A DNA stretch of 64,000 nt from positions 33,411 to 97,410 of the forward strand of contig VJWM01000305.1 in assembly GCA_010909165.1 (NCBI GenBank), in the 5' to 3' direction. The position numbers and the translations under genes are program-made. The stretch's first letter is position 1. Each line of letters starts with the position of its first letter. A model generated the notes under the pieces. The model searched no databases and was not told the DNA's origin. It saw only the letters and a list, made by a program, of their open reading frames with translations. This DNA comes from Anthoceros angustus. Taxonomy: Eukaryota; Plantae; Anthocerotophyta. Positions 62,870 through 64,000 of the stretch are shown here, piece by piece.

Positions 62870-63480
62870 GGATTGTGTCTTTGAGTGATTTTTTGTTTTT
62901 TTTGTTAAGTTTGGTGTCAAGAAGAGCTAGGTTATGAGTAGGAAGGATATTTATAGTAGAAAGTGTCCTTGGCCTATGAGTTTTGGGGTTGTTTCGGGTT
63001 AAATAATAATCGGTCCTTGGACTATGAACTCGATACTCCTTGGCCTTTGGTCTTGGAATATTTAATAAAAGGCCTATATATGGGAGGGGTCCCCATATTT
63101 GGCGTGAGGTCCGAGGCTAGAGGTCGAACCAACCGCCAGAGTTGAACGTGTGTGGTCACGATCGGGACTATGTTTCAAGACGGTTGGCGAACCGGGCGGT
63201 CGTGGAAGGAAGGAGCGGTCATGGAAGAAGAAGTGGTAGCGAAGCCGGGTAGGCGAGAGTTTCCGGGAAATATAACCCTAAGGGAACTCGAAAGGCACGA
63301 GGCGCGGGCGGGGTAGCTCCAGACGATCTCGACAGGCACGAGCTCGCACGAGGTCAGAAGGGGTGCCCGTTCCAATCTCGGCATCCTCCCATACCGCCAT
63401 AAGTGCGTCCTCAACATGCATGGCGACACCGGACTTGGGTTTGGCCGATCAACTCCTGCTACGGTGGTCGCTGATCCTCA
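62870..63480 (+). mobile_element. Fragment related to the Gypsy internal promoter/ORF Y region (resembles 33900-34260, inverted)
   Basis: Shared T-rich tract, TCCTTGGCC boxes (62966, 63037) and CTATATATG (63074). Confidence 0.5.
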
Positions 63481-63702
63481 CGTCTTCGGGGCTTTGGCGA
63501 GCACACTTCGCCAAATGCCGCTGGTAATCTTGACATAGTTTATCAAAATCTCCATTGCCTTGACGAGGTTGGATAAGGGCACGCATAGTGTCCAAGGTTG
63601 CTTGTGATGAGAATCAATAGCTCTTAGATAGAAGAGAAACAATGGAATGAATTGATTAATGAGTAAAGTACAAGCCTTTAAATAGGGTGGTTGGGTGGTT
63701 AC

Positions 63703-63766
63703 AACAATATGTTGTTGTAACCATAAGTGGTTGCAACCATAAGTTGTTGCAACTATAAGTTGTTGT
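63703..63766. repeat. 4 x 16-bp minisatellite (aac.ataagt.gttg.)
   Basis: Units start at 63703, 63719, 63735 and 63751. Confidence 0.85.
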
Positions 63767-64000
63767 AACAACTAACTACCCAAAGCCCTAGCTCTAAATT
63801 AATGTTTGAGTAATGAGGCCCTAATGAATAGTGCCCTAAGCTAGACCTATTTCATCACTCCCACTCACTATGAATGTAGGGGTGAATTCTAGCTTCAAAA
63901 TGAGGTCTAAATAGATAGACTCCCACTTAATCAAAAGTTATAAGCCTAAGAAAATGCTAAAAAACTTAAGCTTTTGATGAACAATAAGCAAAATAGAAAA

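Overview
Eukaryotic land-plant nuclear DNA. About 50 kb is a nest of LTR retrotransposons, followed by a small gene island. Short introns (mostly 75-195 nt), about 50% GC and a DUF1191 gene suggest a non-flowering land plant with compact genes; this taxonomy is inference. TE part (1-50150): (a) five Ty1/Copia pieces, one structurally complete with 149-bp LTRs and a TTTGC target-site duplication; (b) several copies of a non-chromovirus, Athila-like Ty3/Gypsy family (tRNA-Asp-type PBS) that carries an unannotated accessory ORF ('ORF X' plus a coiled coil) behind internal TATA promoters and a recurrent 14-bp palindrome CCTACCATGGTAGG. Gene island: a damaged ERLIN/SPFH gene (minus) lies head-to-head with an apparently intact ~20-exon MCM9 (plus), with only 84 bp between the start codons. 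The pair is bracketed by ~113-bp inverted repeats. After it come a DUF1191 gene and a degenerate intron-containing IS3EU/rva_4-like DDE transposase. Most notable candidates: (1) a spliced antisense gene in the 3' region of three different Copia elements; (2) an 8-kb inverted-repeat-bounded unit carrying MCM9+ERLIN (Pack-TE-like); (3) the Gypsy accessory cassette with its own promoters; (4) the IS3EU-like transposase. Caveat: repeat copies differ mostly by 1-bp indels, so many TE frameshifts and some jumbling may be long-read assembly error. All family assignments are by-eye motif recognition, not database searches.
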